Shown here piece after piece: positions 51,312 through 64,000 of a stretch of 64,000 nucleotides of DNA. Source of the stretch: Octopus sinensis. Its lineage: Eukaryota. The position numbers and the translations under genes are program-made. The stretch spans positions 52,824,001-52,888,000 of the forward strand of contig NC_043004.1 in the NCBI RefSeq assembly GCF_006345805.1, written 5' to 3'. The first letter of the stretch is position 1; each line of letters starts with the position of its first letter. The notes under the pieces were generated by a model. That model did no database searches and was not told the DNA's origin. It saw only the letters and a list, made by a program, of their open reading frames with translations.

Positions 51312-52436
51312 CACTGGGCAACAACAAAAATAAATCACTGTCTGGTACTCAGAAAAATGGTGAGGTACTAAGCTCAAACGAGTACAGTGATTCCGAATCT
51401 GAACTCAGAATTGCTGTAACACGTCAGAATTTTGGGTTATGCACATAATTATACTTTAATTCTATATTAGTGTAAGATACATAATTATTATAATAGTGTA
51501 TAAGTACAGTATATAGTAAATTTATGTTCAAGGCAAATAGTATTGTAATATACACAGACTATATTTATGTTAAGGGAATACTCCTTCATTTTTGATTTGC
51601 TCAGATCTGAAATGTTTGAGAACCTTGTTCTTGCGCTTATGGTTCGTGCTGGTCTCCTGTTGTAGGAACCAGCAGTAGTCACGCATCATGTGTGGATTGA
51701 CCCTGCCTTGATACCTTGTTTTCATCTCAGATATGTCCTGGTGGAGCCTCTCAACATGCTTAGCACTAAAGGCGTCAAGATCCCTTGGTAAAAAATCGAA
51801 ATGAGAATACAAGAAGTGCATTTTAAATGACATTCTGGATCCCATTCTTTCATACGCTGGTGTTTATTAAATCAGGATAGTTTTCAGCTCTATGATTTCC
51901 AAGGAAGGTCTGTACAACTAACACGAATGAATCCCATGCCGTCAGATGAACTGGATTCAGCTTACCTCTGAATTTGCTATCAGACATCAGTTCTCTGATC
52001 TGGAGTCCAATGAAAATGCCTGCTTTCACTTTTGCGTTATATCTACCTGCACCAAATAATACTTTTCACAACTGGAAGCCACAACCATCGTGTGTGCCGA
52101 CCAAGTATACGCTCATCTCTTTTAGGCCAAGCTTTAACAGTGTAAAAGGCTGTTCCAAACAAACAAGAACCGTTGCTCAACTAAATGACGTACTTTCACA
52201 TCGTTTTTTTTACTGTTGCTATTTCTTTAATTTTGAAATAAGACCTCTTTCATTTTATCAAATTTTATAATGCAGCCAATGTCTAGCCGGAACTATAATT
52301 ATAATCGTGCGCAGGTGCATAACTCAAAACCCTGACGTGCTAGAAGATTTCTGTGCGCGGATTCGGAATCAGCATCCTGGATTTAATCTAAAACACATGC
52401 ATTTACCCCAAGTAGCAAATTCGTTGTTGTTCAGTA
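51312..52436 (-). mobile_element. Chapaev3-like (CMC group) DNA transposon deletion derivative
   Basis: Termini are TTA|CACTGGGCAACAAC ... GTTGTTGTTCAGTA|TTG, with subterminal inverted blocks (TGATTCCGAATC, CACGTCAG, GTTATGCAC). The transposase C-terminus MSFKMHFLYSHFDFLP...HVERLHQDI...RYQG...MMRDYCW lies at 51650-51845. Confidence 0.75.
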
Positions 52437-53402
52437 TTGTTAACAGTGATGAGATTCTCCAGTTTGGGAGATCTGGAGTTGTGAGAAGCATGGATTGTTC
52501 TCTTAATTGTCATTACTACCTGGCCCTTTTTCTGATCCGTAACACTAGTATGTGTCAGGCTCCCATGTATAGGCTAAATAAATTTCCCAAAGGTACAGCA
52601 AGCTTCCGTCATTTTTGGCACATACCTGAAGAATGTGGTTTTTCTGGGAGAAATACACACACACAAACCCACATGCACAACCACACACACACACAAACAC
52701 TCACAGAAACAGACACGCAGAGACACACAGACATATATGCATAAACATACATAGGCAGATAGATAGATAGATACATACATACATACATACATACATACAT
52801 ACATACATACATACATACATACATACATACATACATACATAAATACATACAAGTACACATACATAAATATCGAAAAATGAGAAAGAGCGCGCAACACTGC
52901 ATTGGTGGATAAAGATTATTAATATGCAAATAAAGATACAACTGCATATATTCAGATGATAATCCCAAACTCCGTGTATGCAGGTTGTTAAATGCTTTTA
53001 GGCTGCATTATTTCGTCCAGGAAAGCTTCTTTTAAAGTCTTAAAGTGTTAAACGCACTGTATACTTCAAAGCTAGGCGAAACGAAATAATCCGGAATTGA
53101 ACGAGAGCCAGAACGACAGATATCGATATTGCGCCGTTATTTTAGTTCATCCGTGCACTATAGTTGATTTACTCTCGGAGCGGACTCATATCGCTAACCT
53201 GAAGCAAATGCATATAGCGTAAAATCTATCTCCGAATGTGAACCAGCACCTCACAAGTAAATTAGAATATAAACTTTGAATTAAAAGCACGTCAATAATA
53301 TAAACATTATCAATGTCACATATCTTTGCTTGCATGTGGTTAGATGTATTTAGGCCGAGGTATATATACATACTTATATATATATATATATATCTATATA
53401 TA

Positions 53403-53445
<43 letters not shown>

Positions 53446-54065
53446 CGCACACATATCTCTATAGACACACATATATAAATGTATATGTGTGCTTATATGT
53501 ACATACATATATGTTTTCACAAACATATTTTGCCATAAGTCAATTTATGCACACATCTATGTAAACAGATGTTGGCTTTAATGTTGTGTAAAACTTGACA
53601 AAAATAATATTAGAAAAAACAAACAAACACTGTTCGAATGGCCGGTAGTTATATCTGCATGGCACTTATCCAAATGTGTGATACAGGGTTTTTAATGGTG
53701 CTGTTGATGGTAGTGTTCATGAATCTGTTCATGTTTGTTATATTGTTCATACTGGCAGTGGCAATAGCGGTACTGGTGGTGGTAAATGGTGGTGGTATAA
53801 ATAGCCATAGTTATATTGATGGTATTCGTTGTGGTAGTGGTAATATTAAGTGGTAATTTTTGCAGGGATAACTGTGGTGTCGTGTCGTTAATAACGATAC
53901 TGCTAATGATAGTGATGACTTGATAACATTAGCCGTGATGACTGTTTTGGCGTTAATTTGTACTGACGGAGCTATTAACGTTGATTGTGATGATGGTTGA
54001 AACGCTGGAAGTGAAGATGGCTATGATCGTCTTTGTAGTGTATATTGTATATATATAGATATGTG

Positions 54066-54100
<35 letters not shown>

Positions 54101-54214
54101 GTGGTGTGTGCTTGTGTCATAGTGCAAGCACGGTATTTGATGTGTTCATTTCAACAACTTATAAACATATAAACACACCCACACGCACATAGACTTACAC
54201 AAACACTCACACAC

Positions 54215-54277
<63 letters not shown>

Positions 54278-54359
54278 TATATGTATATGTATATGTGTAT
54301 GCATATGTATATGTATATATGTACGTTTCAGGTGAAAGTAATACAAAATGTTGCGGAGG

Positions 54360-54590
54360 CAAGTTTTAATGATGGTTTCAAATTTCGATCCAAGGACAGC
54401 AATTTTGGGATAGGTTATAAATCGATTGCATCGACACCAGTGCTCAACAGGTACCTATCTTGTCGACTCCGAAAGAATGAAATGCAAAGTCGACCTCAGC
54501 GGCAATTGGACTGAGAACGTAAAGACGGTCGAAATGCAACTAAGCATTTTACCCCGGCGGACTAACCATCATACGAGCTCGCTGGCATGG
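54360..54590 (-). mobile_element. SINE family A, diverged
   Basis: AAAGAATGAAATGCAAAGTCGACCTCAGCGGCAATTGGACTGAGAACGTA. Confidence 0.7.
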
Positions 54591-55495
54591 CATGTCTTAA
54601 TAATGGCTTTCGTAATAGTAAAGGTGCGGTGGTGATATTGGAAATGGAAGATGTTTCGTATAGAGTTGTGCGTATGAATGTGATATTCGTAGGTTTTGCG
54701 GTGAAGCTGATACTCTCTTTAACTGTCTTTTAATTGTTTCAGTCATGTGACTGTGGCCCAATGTGGGGAGGTTGGATATTCTTCTAATTCTGCTAGAGAG
54801 ACAATAAGAGAATATTTATTACTAAATAACTACTTTTAAGATTTTCTCTTCCGAATTTTCATTTCATAAAAATTCCATATCTGAACTGCGTTTTTGTACG
54901 ATAACTTGATATTCAATTCTATCCATCATATTCCTTGTTTTTATAACGCAGCTCAAATTTTTAGTTATTATTCTTGTTGTTATTTTAATCTGTATTGTCC
55001 TATGGGGCCTAAAGCTATACCTTATGTACTATATTTTTTCATTAGCTCCTTGTTTATATTGTGGTAATTTTGCTGAAATAGTATTGTAAGTTTTCTACTT
55101 GTCAGATTTCTGTTTTATTTATTTCTGTATAATTAGTGTATACATATATGCATATAGGAGAGAATGCGTGTCTGTATGTATATTTGTGTGTATTCGCATC
55201 TAAGCATTTATTTCTATAATGATTATATATGTTTATGTGTATGTGTGTATCTATATATACATATACGTGTGTGTGTCTCTGAATGAATTTATGTATTTTC
55301 TTAATGACTCCATTGTTTTGATGGGCTTGCAAATATATACGCGTCGAAACAATATAATCACACACACACTCAAATGTGCATTCATTAATACTGATACATA
55401 TTTTCTTTCCCCATGATTAAATGTGCTGATATATACCATATAAAGGAGCATTTTTACTCATATATATTTCTAATTTTATCATCAGTTATAATAAC

Positions 55496-55580
<85 letters not shown>

Positions 55581-55654
55581 GCAATAATAATAAGAAGTAG
55601 AAAAAGAAGCCGGGGAAAAAGAAGATGAAGAAGAAGAAAAAGAAGAAGAAAGCA

Positions 55655-55710
<56 letters not shown>

Positions 55711-55736
55711 TATTATTAATATTATTAATATTATTC

Positions 55737-57975
55737 CTGCGTAACACAGTGTAGGTAAAAATGCATCGGTATCTTTAGTCATCTGCCAAGTCACAACAAG
55801 GAACTCAGACAGATAATACTTTCCTTAAGATGTGCGCTGTGCCTAATAACGTTGCTTTTTTCAAGACATCAATCTTGCATGGTATTTCTAGTTGCCTTAA
55901 GAAGTTTTGAAGTTTCATTGGGATTGAGCCTAACGATCCGCTCACCACTGGTATCACTTTTACATTGCCCTCTCGCATTCCATACAATCTTGCCATTTGC
56001 ACATTCATGTTATTTGGTATGGCTACATCAATGATCTGACAGTATTTGTCTCTCTTATTCAATATTGCAATATCCGGCCGGCGGTGTTCGATTATACGTT
56101 CCGCCTGAAAATAGTCCCAGAGTCCCAGAGTCCCAGAATCTCGTTACTTTTCCACCTTCCTGCATGATTTTACTTGGTACATACTCATACCACTTCTCTG
56201 TTACTTCATATTGGTCTTTACGGCATAAGAAGATATACAATGAAGATACACACTTTATCGTGGCGGCAGTTGTATTCTTTTATGTGCAAGGTTCTCACAT
56301 CCACTTTCCAAGTGGGTCACATTTACCACACTCTTTCCACAGAGTCTGCATTTCTGGCAGTCAGAAGTTTTATAGATGTTACACTTCACTGACGTGGTAG
56401 GAAGAGCCTGGTCTTGTGCAGTAATGATCAGGCTTTCGGTGGTACGCTTCAAATCACCTCGCTCAAGCCATGCCCACGATGCTGTTGTGCTCAACGTCTT
56501 GTATTTTCTTTTCAAATTGTACATCTATTCTTATTTCAAGAAGGTCTTCTTTTCTCTTCTCCTCAACTTTTTGGTTAAACGCTGCCCTGTCCATCATGTC
56601 ATCAGAATTTACGGCCATATCTTTCGCGGCATTGCAACAGGTCTTCATCACTATTTATCAAATACTCGGCAAGTGTTCTCCTTTCACTCCTTATACTGTG
56701 ATCTATACTAATTAGTCCTCTGCCACTATTCTTGCTTTTCATATACGGTCTGTATGCGTTTGCTTTTGGGTGTAGCGCCCTATGCAGCGTCATCGACTTT
56801 CTCGTCCTTCTATCTAGTGTTGATATTTCCTCCTTAGTCCATTTGAGGATGGACGCACTAAACCTGACCACCGCAACTGACCAGATATTCATTGCTGTAA
56901 TCAAATTTTTGGCATTCAGGTTGCATTTTAACACCATCTTCCCCCTTTACTGATACGCCTCGCTGACCTTGACTTACATTTCTCTGTGTAGAATGTCAAC
57001 TTCTTCCAAAATCCCTAAATATCTATACCCACTACCGTCGGGTTTACCCATGGTTTCCTCTGATGGTTACCGCAATCCTCTTTCCTCTTTCGATATTAAT
57101 TACTGAGCATTTAGTAATCCCAAATTCCATATCGATGTCCCTACCATACTTTTGAACTGTTTTGGTTGAGAAATCTATCTGTTTTTCAGATTTCCCAAAC
57201 AATTTCACCTCATCCATAAACAGAAGATGGTTCAATGATGGGCCTTTCTTCCCACATCAGTAACCCATCTTAAGTTTCCTAAGTGTCATTGTTATGGGTT
57301 TTAGTGCAATTAAAAAAAGTAACAGAGAAAACGAGTCACCTTGATTCCCCTTTTAATATTATCTTCTACAAGGAATACATTACTTGAGTAGAATTTGGTT
57401 TTCCACTGTTTCATGCTTTGCATCAGAAAATTTATCATGTTGTCAGCAACACGAAGAATCTGCAAGCATTCAGTGATCCAAGAATGAGGCATCATACCAT
57501 ATGCCTTCATAAAGTCAATCAAAGCCATAGACTTCTTTGTATGATATTTTATACAATGCCTCAAAATTGGTTTATCGATGATCAGGTAATCCTTGGTACC
57601 CTGAGAATTCTTCTTAGGGCCTTTTTGTTCCATTGGTAGTATTTCTTCCTGTGCCAGGAAAGTGTATGTCTTTGCAGCGTATATTCCGGTGTGTATTTTC
57701 TAGGTTATCATTAGGCATGCTATGTGACGGTAGTTTCCTACAATATTCCCCTTTCTTCTATCTTTCATTACAATTGTTGTCCTCCCAGTCACTATCCATG
57801 CGGGGACTGTACCTTTCTGGACACACTCATTCAATTGCTAGTCTTTCATGCACCGCGTGGCTTCTCTTCAGCCGGAAGCCGTGAATCTCATTTGGAGAAG
57901 CCATGAATCTCAATCCGGGGGCTGTCCAGTTGGGAACTTTACCCACTTGTTATTTTACATCACCCGTGCTTATGA
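55737..57975 (-). mobile_element. 5'-truncated R4/Dong-like element of a third family, flanked by TAA tracts
   Basis: MEQKG, IDFMKAY, NHLLFMDEVKLF, ALHPKAN..R.Y....GRGL, TESLIITAQDQAL, CRLC..VTHLESGC, IIDVAIP and KATLLGTAHILRKVLSV. TTA tracts lie at 55655-55735 and 57978-58033. Confidence 0.9.
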
Positions 57976-57978
57976 CAA

Positions 57979-58033
<55 letters not shown>

Positions 58034-58586
58034 GAGTGAGCGAGCAGAGCATGCCATCAAAGTGACACTGGGGTAAAATATACGAAGCCCAGTATACCCA
58101 TCATGACTACCCGTCTGATAAGGGTACACCAGGCACATGCATCACAACCATATGTGCGCGACATGGTGATCTCATATCAAGATAAACAGCACATGACCTT
58201 GCAGGTGGAACCCAGTTAGAATTTTCTTCAGATCGAGTAACCCATCCCGCTCAAAAGGTCCCTGAATAAGGGTTGTTTAAGGACATTGAACAAAACACCC
58301 ATGTTTCCAGAGGTGAATTATTCAAACCCTAAATAATCCTTCTCAACACATGGTTATGATGCTCCCCCACTACTTCTGCTCGTGATCAGAGATGCACATA
58401 TCGTCAGCCACTAAGGGACATGCTCAACTGGTTAAGGTCAAACAACTGACAAGCAAATCTGTGGTATTGAGCAGAATATTTGCTGTAGCCCATCTTTTAT
58501 ACCAAGACAAAACAATGTACATGATAACACTTCCAATCAGTTAAGATCAGAAGCCATGAGAGCCACTGCCTGGTACTGCATCAGGG

Positions 58587-58590
<4 letters not shown>
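58034..58590 (+). mobile_element. ~555-bp non-coding interspersed repeat (family F) with (ATT)n tail
   Basis: Matches 37461-38016. It ends GCCTGGTACTGCATCAGGGC(ATT)n and is also preceded by a TTA tract. Confidence 0.85.
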
Positions 58591-58633
<43 letters not shown>

Positions 58634-58851
58634 GTATTTGTTGTTGTTGTTGTTATTGTTGTTGTTGCTGCTGCTATTATTAAGGCGAGGCGATAAGCAG
58701 GCAGATTAAGGGCCAGTGAGACACTGAAATCGATGTACTCAACTTTTCTTTCTTGCAAGACTGCTCAATTAAGTAGGAAGTTAAAATAGGGGTCAATGTA
58801 ATTGACTCAACTCTTACCCTAAAATTGCTCGCGATGTGCCAAAATTTGAAA

Positions 58852-59076
58852 AAGGCGGTGAGTTGTCAGAATCGTTTGCACGCCGTGCAAAATTCTTAGA
58901 GGCATTTCGTCCGCCAAGAATTTAGCGTTCAATATTAAGTTCAAGTTCCGGCCGTGGTTGACTTTGCGTTTCATTCTTTCAGTACCAGTTTGATACTGGG
59001 ATCGATATAATCGAGTAGTCTCCCATCAAGTATCAAGCCTTATGCCTTTAGTACAAAGGATTATAATAATAATTAC

Positions 59077-59119
<43 letters not shown>

Positions 59120-59362
59120 GTTGTTGTTCTTCTGGTTGCTGTTGGTGGAGGTGGCGGTGTTATTATGTAGGCGAGCTGGCAAATTCGTTAGCATCCGGGG
59201 TATTTCGTTTGTCGCTACGTTCTGAGTTAAAATTCCGCCGAGGTCGACTTTGCCTTTCATACTTTCAGGGGCAATAAACTAAGTACCAGTTTAATACTGA
59301 GTTTAATAATCGACTATCTCTCTCCCTGTAAATTTCAGGCCTTGTGCCTATAGCAGAAGGGA
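58852..59362 (+). mobile_element. Two diverged SINE family A copies separated by (TCA)n
   Basis: Copies at ~58852-59060 and ~59168-59362 carry GTCGACTTTGCCTTTCAT...AGTACCAGTT. Confidence 0.75.
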
Positions 59363-59590
59363 TTATTACCATCATTAATATTATTATTATTATATAACTG
59401 TTCAATATTTGGTAGATTGAGGCATATTTCTGTTGCATCACCTGCAACACCTCCATTTTGCTGGGATGTGTGTAGCATTGTGTGTTCTATTCTGCTATTG
59501 GGTGTGCCAACTCTTCCAGGTACTGTAATGTGTTAGTATCTTTTTCTCTTGAGGCGTGGTACAAGGTTTTGTAGTATTATTGCTTCTATT

Positions 59591-59651
<61 letters not shown>

Positions 59652-59734
59652 CATTATTATTATTATTATTATTGTTATTATTATTGTTGTTATTATTTTT
59701 ATTATTATCATTGTTATTATTATTATTATTATTA

Positions 59735-60067
59735 AAGGGTAAAGACCCCCTTCGGTCATGAATGACCATGGGATTGCACCTAGAAAGTTACCCTCCTAGA
59801 CACAAGTCCGGGCAAGGTTGTTTATGGAAGGCCAGCAGTCGCCCATGCATACCAGCCTCCCCTCTCCACGCCACCAGTGTTATCCAAGGGAAAGACAAAG
59901 GTCGATACAGCTTGGCACCAGTGACGTCGCAACTCATTTCTACAGCTGAGTGAACTGGAGCAACGTGAAATAAAGTGCCTTGCTCGAGAACACAACCGGT
60001 CCGGTCCGGGATTCGAGCTCACAACCTCACGATCGTAAGCTCGACGCTCTAACCACTGAGCCATGCT
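59735..60067 (-). mobile_element. tRNA-derived SINE family E (V/Meta-domain-like centre), full length, inside a TAA tract
   Basis: The minus strand has TGGCTCAGTGG (A box), GAGCTCGAATCCC (B box), GAGCAAGGCACTTTATTTCAC and the tail GACCGAAGGGGGTC. Confidence 0.85.
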
Positions 60068-60089
60068 ATTATTATTATTATTATTATTG

Positions 60090-60138
<49 letters not shown>

Positions 60139-60274
60139 CATCATCATCATCATCATAATCATCATCATTATTATTATTGTTATTATTATTATTATCATCA
60201 ACACCATCACCATTATTATTATTCATTTTATTTTTATTATTATTTTTGGTGTTATTATGTTTCATTTGTGTAAA

Positions 60275-60950
60275 TCTCAGATTTTAAAGTGCTCGATGAT
60301 ATCAATTAGGAAGCAGTCAACAACATGTTGGCTAAGTTCCCTCCTGTTGTTTATATTGACAAGACCTTCCTTAAAATCCCTGTTTTACGAAGAAGTGCTG
60401 TTTTCTGCGTGATCTGTAACCTTCCATCTATTCAGAATTTACTTACACAACCCTCGAAACAGTCTGATATGCATCCCAATGTTTCGATCACCTCTGGACT
60501 CCCCATCCCCAACAACATTCCCTCTTCCTCCTCCTTCAGTAGCATATACTTCTCCGTGTTTTCATGCTCTTTATCTTTCATTCTGTCATCCCAAGCGATA
60601 GGCGATAGAGATATCAATATTTCGATAATTTGAGCCTCTTATTCTTTCTTGCAGACAACTAGAACCTTTGGTCTTCTTGCCTAAATTATTCTATCACATT
60701 CAACGGGGAAATCATACAAAATCTTAGTCTTGTTATTCTCTGATGACGTAAACATTTTAGCAACCCTTGCAAACCCGCATTTTTTAGTCATGATCCAGTA
60801 GCTATATCTGGCAACATTTTCATATCTTTTGTACTCGCGCTTTACCAACTTAGCACATTCACTTAGAAGGTGAATGACAGATTATCTTTTTGTTCCACAC
60901 GCTCTACATATTGGTGATAATTTCGTTTTCTCAACATGATGTATACAGCA
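60275..60950 (-). mobile_element. Decayed R4/Dong-like RLE endonuclease end
   Basis: CRACG...HLLSEC, ILYDFPV..DR.I.ARRP, K.HE..EKY..L and QKTALL...ILRKVL, followed by a TAA tract at 60068-60260. Confidence 0.75.
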
Positions 60951-62049
60951 GTTAGTTCGGCGATCAGACTCGATTAAAAAAAAATAATGTACAAAGATGT
61001 TCCGGCCACGACTACCTAGACACCTTCTTATACATAGGGATTCTAGGACAATTTTATTGAATGTATTCTTTTCTTAGACTATTGGAATGATTTTAGGAAT
61101 ATTTGAAGTGGTTGCTCTTTCTAATAGGTCAAAAGAGGACCGAAAGTCTTCAGCATTGATATACTTAACCATGATCCTGCCTTAGGTATTATATATGGTA
61201 CACAAGATGTATTTTGCTGGCTTCCATGCATCATATATAATATACATCCACAATGTTCTCAACCGGCAGAATAACCTGGAGTCTCATAAAAATAAAGTTT
61301 TATAGTTCTCAGAACGTGTGAAACAAGAAAGCCAAAATGTACGAAGACAAGTATGGACGTTTAAGACAAATTTAGGAAAATAATTTGAACATTTAAAGGA
61401 TTAAGAGTAAATAAAATTTTGCAACTTTAGAGAGATTTTTCTGCCGCGAGCAATTTCGATGTCGAGTAACTTCAGAGTCGTGCAGTGTTACTTTTTAGTA
61501 ATATGATACGATCAGTTGTTACTGTTGATGTTGCTGATGCTGTTCATGTTGCCGTTTATGGTCTTGCAACTATTTTCTCTGTTGATTCGTTGTTAATGTT
61601 TAACCCTAAATAGAATATATGGATGATATCCTTCCAATAATAACTATCCCATTATAATATATTTTCCCAGTTCTAGACTGCTTGGACATCATTATCTAAT
61701 GCTCCCTTTAAATTAACAAGAGGAAGCAAGGTAAATTTAGTTCGTATTCCCAAAATGTTAAGACACAACATACAACATTACTCACAGGTTTGTTATCTTG
61801 GTGTTGTCATAATTGTTGTCGATGATGCTCTTGTCGTCGCTATAAGTTGTTATGATGATGATGGTGATGGCGACGATGATTGTGATGATGATGAAGCAGG
61901 GTATGAGGATGAAGATGTGAATATTATTTTGATGGTTAGTTGGTAATACACCTGTTGCAATTGTCGTCCTTATATAAGGTCTGAATACTGTTTTCAGTGC
62001 AACAGCTGCTGCTGTTTTATTTTAGCGATGCTGGTGTGTTGTTGTCACA

Positions 62050-62354
62050 TCTTTATATATAAAATTGAAGTTGTGTGTGTGAGACTCTGTCTCCTCCGAT
62101 TTAGATTCCTAACTACTCCCACATTTTGCGGTGCAGTTTAACCAAAAGCGGGTATCTTATAGTCGTCATTCATATCGAGCCCTTCTGGTATTAGCGCGCG
62201 TCTACGATGAGTCTACGATTTAAAAAAAGATTACCATCATTTTTCCGCATTTTTAATGATTTTCGCCCGGGTTATATAAGGGAAGTAACTCTCTAAAAAT
62301 GCTTATATAGTTATTTCTCTTACAAACCCGAGCAACGCCGGGTGATACTGCTAG
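62050..62354 (+). mobile_element. Intact non-autonomous Helitron (305 bp)
   Basis: 5' A|TC start, subterminal hairpin ACCCG-AGCAACGC-CGGGT (62326-62343), 3' CTAG|T end, and no TSD. Confidence 0.88.
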
Positions 62355-62721
62355 TGTTTGCTAATTTTCTAATTGTTGCTATCGATATTTTTGCCTATAT
62401 ATGTTGTTGTTCACCTGGTTTCAGTGATGCAAATGGTATCATTTATTATTCATTGTTACTATTAATTTCTTAATTGTTTGTTTTTAGCTTTCTTATTGTC
62501 TTTTCGGTTGAATGTTTTCCTTGCCAAACTTTATGTTTTGTAAGTTGTTGTTATTGTTATTAAATTCAATTCCGTCTATCATTACTGTTGCTCTTGTTGT
62601 TGTTGTTGATATTGATACCAACGTTGACTATGATGTGCTGTTTGTACCATGTGGGATTCTTATTGCCATTAACGTTGTTCTCTAACCCCATGAACCCATA
62701 TGTACTTTTTGAGCAATTTCT

Positions 62722-62772
<51 letters not shown>
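62722..62772. repeat. (CTA)n microsatellite
   Basis: Direct reading. Confidence 0.95.
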
Positions 62773-62773
<1 letters not shown>

Positions 62774-63641
62774 GTTTACAGTAATCGCTGTTGCTACTGC
62801 TGCTGCCCTTTTTGCTTTGGTTGTTGTTGCACTGATGCTAAAATTGTTGTTTCAGGGATTTTTTTCCCGAAACAATATCAACTATAACGATAAAAATAAA
62901 CCAGCAGCAACAACAACAACAACAACAACAACAGCCTGTTTGTTTTTTTTCTTCTCCCGTGCCTCTCAACGACACCGGCAAAAACTCAAACAAATACAGG
63001 CAAAAGAAGCTACACGAAAAAAAAAAAAACGAAACTAAAACAGAAGCAGAAATTAATGCAACAATAACAACGGATTTAACAGCTACAACAATAACAACAA
63101 CAACAACAACAATGATAATAATAACTATATTACGAACAACAAAAACAACAGCTGCAGTAAGAACAGTAACAACCAAAGCAGTAACAACAACAAAATCAGC
63201 AACGACAACAAGCTCCACCGGATCAATTAAATTCTCTCCGATTTAACAAAACAAAATAAATTAGATTTCAGGTGTGACAGGAATGAATTTCCAATTCCGA
63301 AGAGAAAAATCTACGTTTTATGGCCTTCAAAACACAGAAATTTAATTCCAATCTTTTTCCAAATGCAATCAGTATTAACGATTAAATTATTCCTTATTCT
63401 TTATTTCTTTTGATTTTAAAAAAAATCTTAACCTTATTTTCTTTCGGGTTTTTATTTGAAATTTCGTTATCGAATCTTATAAATAAACCCAGAGTAAAAT
63501 AAATATTTTTCTTAACGTGATTTTCTAGAGGAAAAGAGAGAAAAAATGGCACAGTATACGTACATAGATATATATGTGTGTGTGAGAGTATGTGCGTGTA
63601 TGTGTGTGTGGGTGTTTGTGTTTGTGTGTGTATAACAACAT

Positions 63642-63686
<45 letters not shown>

Positions 63687-63904
63687 TTTATTCTTTTATT
63701 GGTTTCAGCTAAGAAACCATGCTGGGGCACAATATATACACATACATACACACAGAGGCACACATATATATGTATATGTATATATGAGTGTATGCGTGAG
63801 TGTGCGTGTGTATATAAATGCATATATATGTAGATATTAATATAAATATATGTATACGCACCCATGTATATATACACACATATATATGCATACACACATC
63901 TATA

Positions 63905-63947
<43 letters not shown>

Positions 63948-64000
63948 ATGTATATATATATTTATATGACCTCGTGAGTACCGCTGGCGATTTTTTTCCT

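Overview
Eukaryotic, AT-rich, microsatellite-dense and transposon-dominated DNA with no convincing host gene. The repeat repertoire suggests a coleoid cephalopod such as Octopus (inference). The window opens with a ~3.1 kb array of a 19-bp satellite. It then holds L1/Tx1-like and RTE LINE remnants, and at least eight R4/Dong-clade RT + restriction-like-endonuclease retrotransposon copies or fragments, mostly at (TAA)n tracts, two of them near full length but disrupted. It also holds a decayed Penelope-like element, a Chapaev3-like DNA transposon, Helitron remnants and several SINE families. The most interesting structure spans 10765-21450. It is a head-to-head pair of small non-coding elements, each made of a tRNA-derived Pol III head, a (TAA)n spacer and a tail with a minimal type I hammerhead ribozyme. 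Both spacers have been split by TAA-targeting Dong insertions, so the element appears to carry a landing pad for a second retrotransposon. Nearly all other ORFs in the track are translations of satellites or microsatellites. Boundaries of decayed elements are approximate and no database searches were run.
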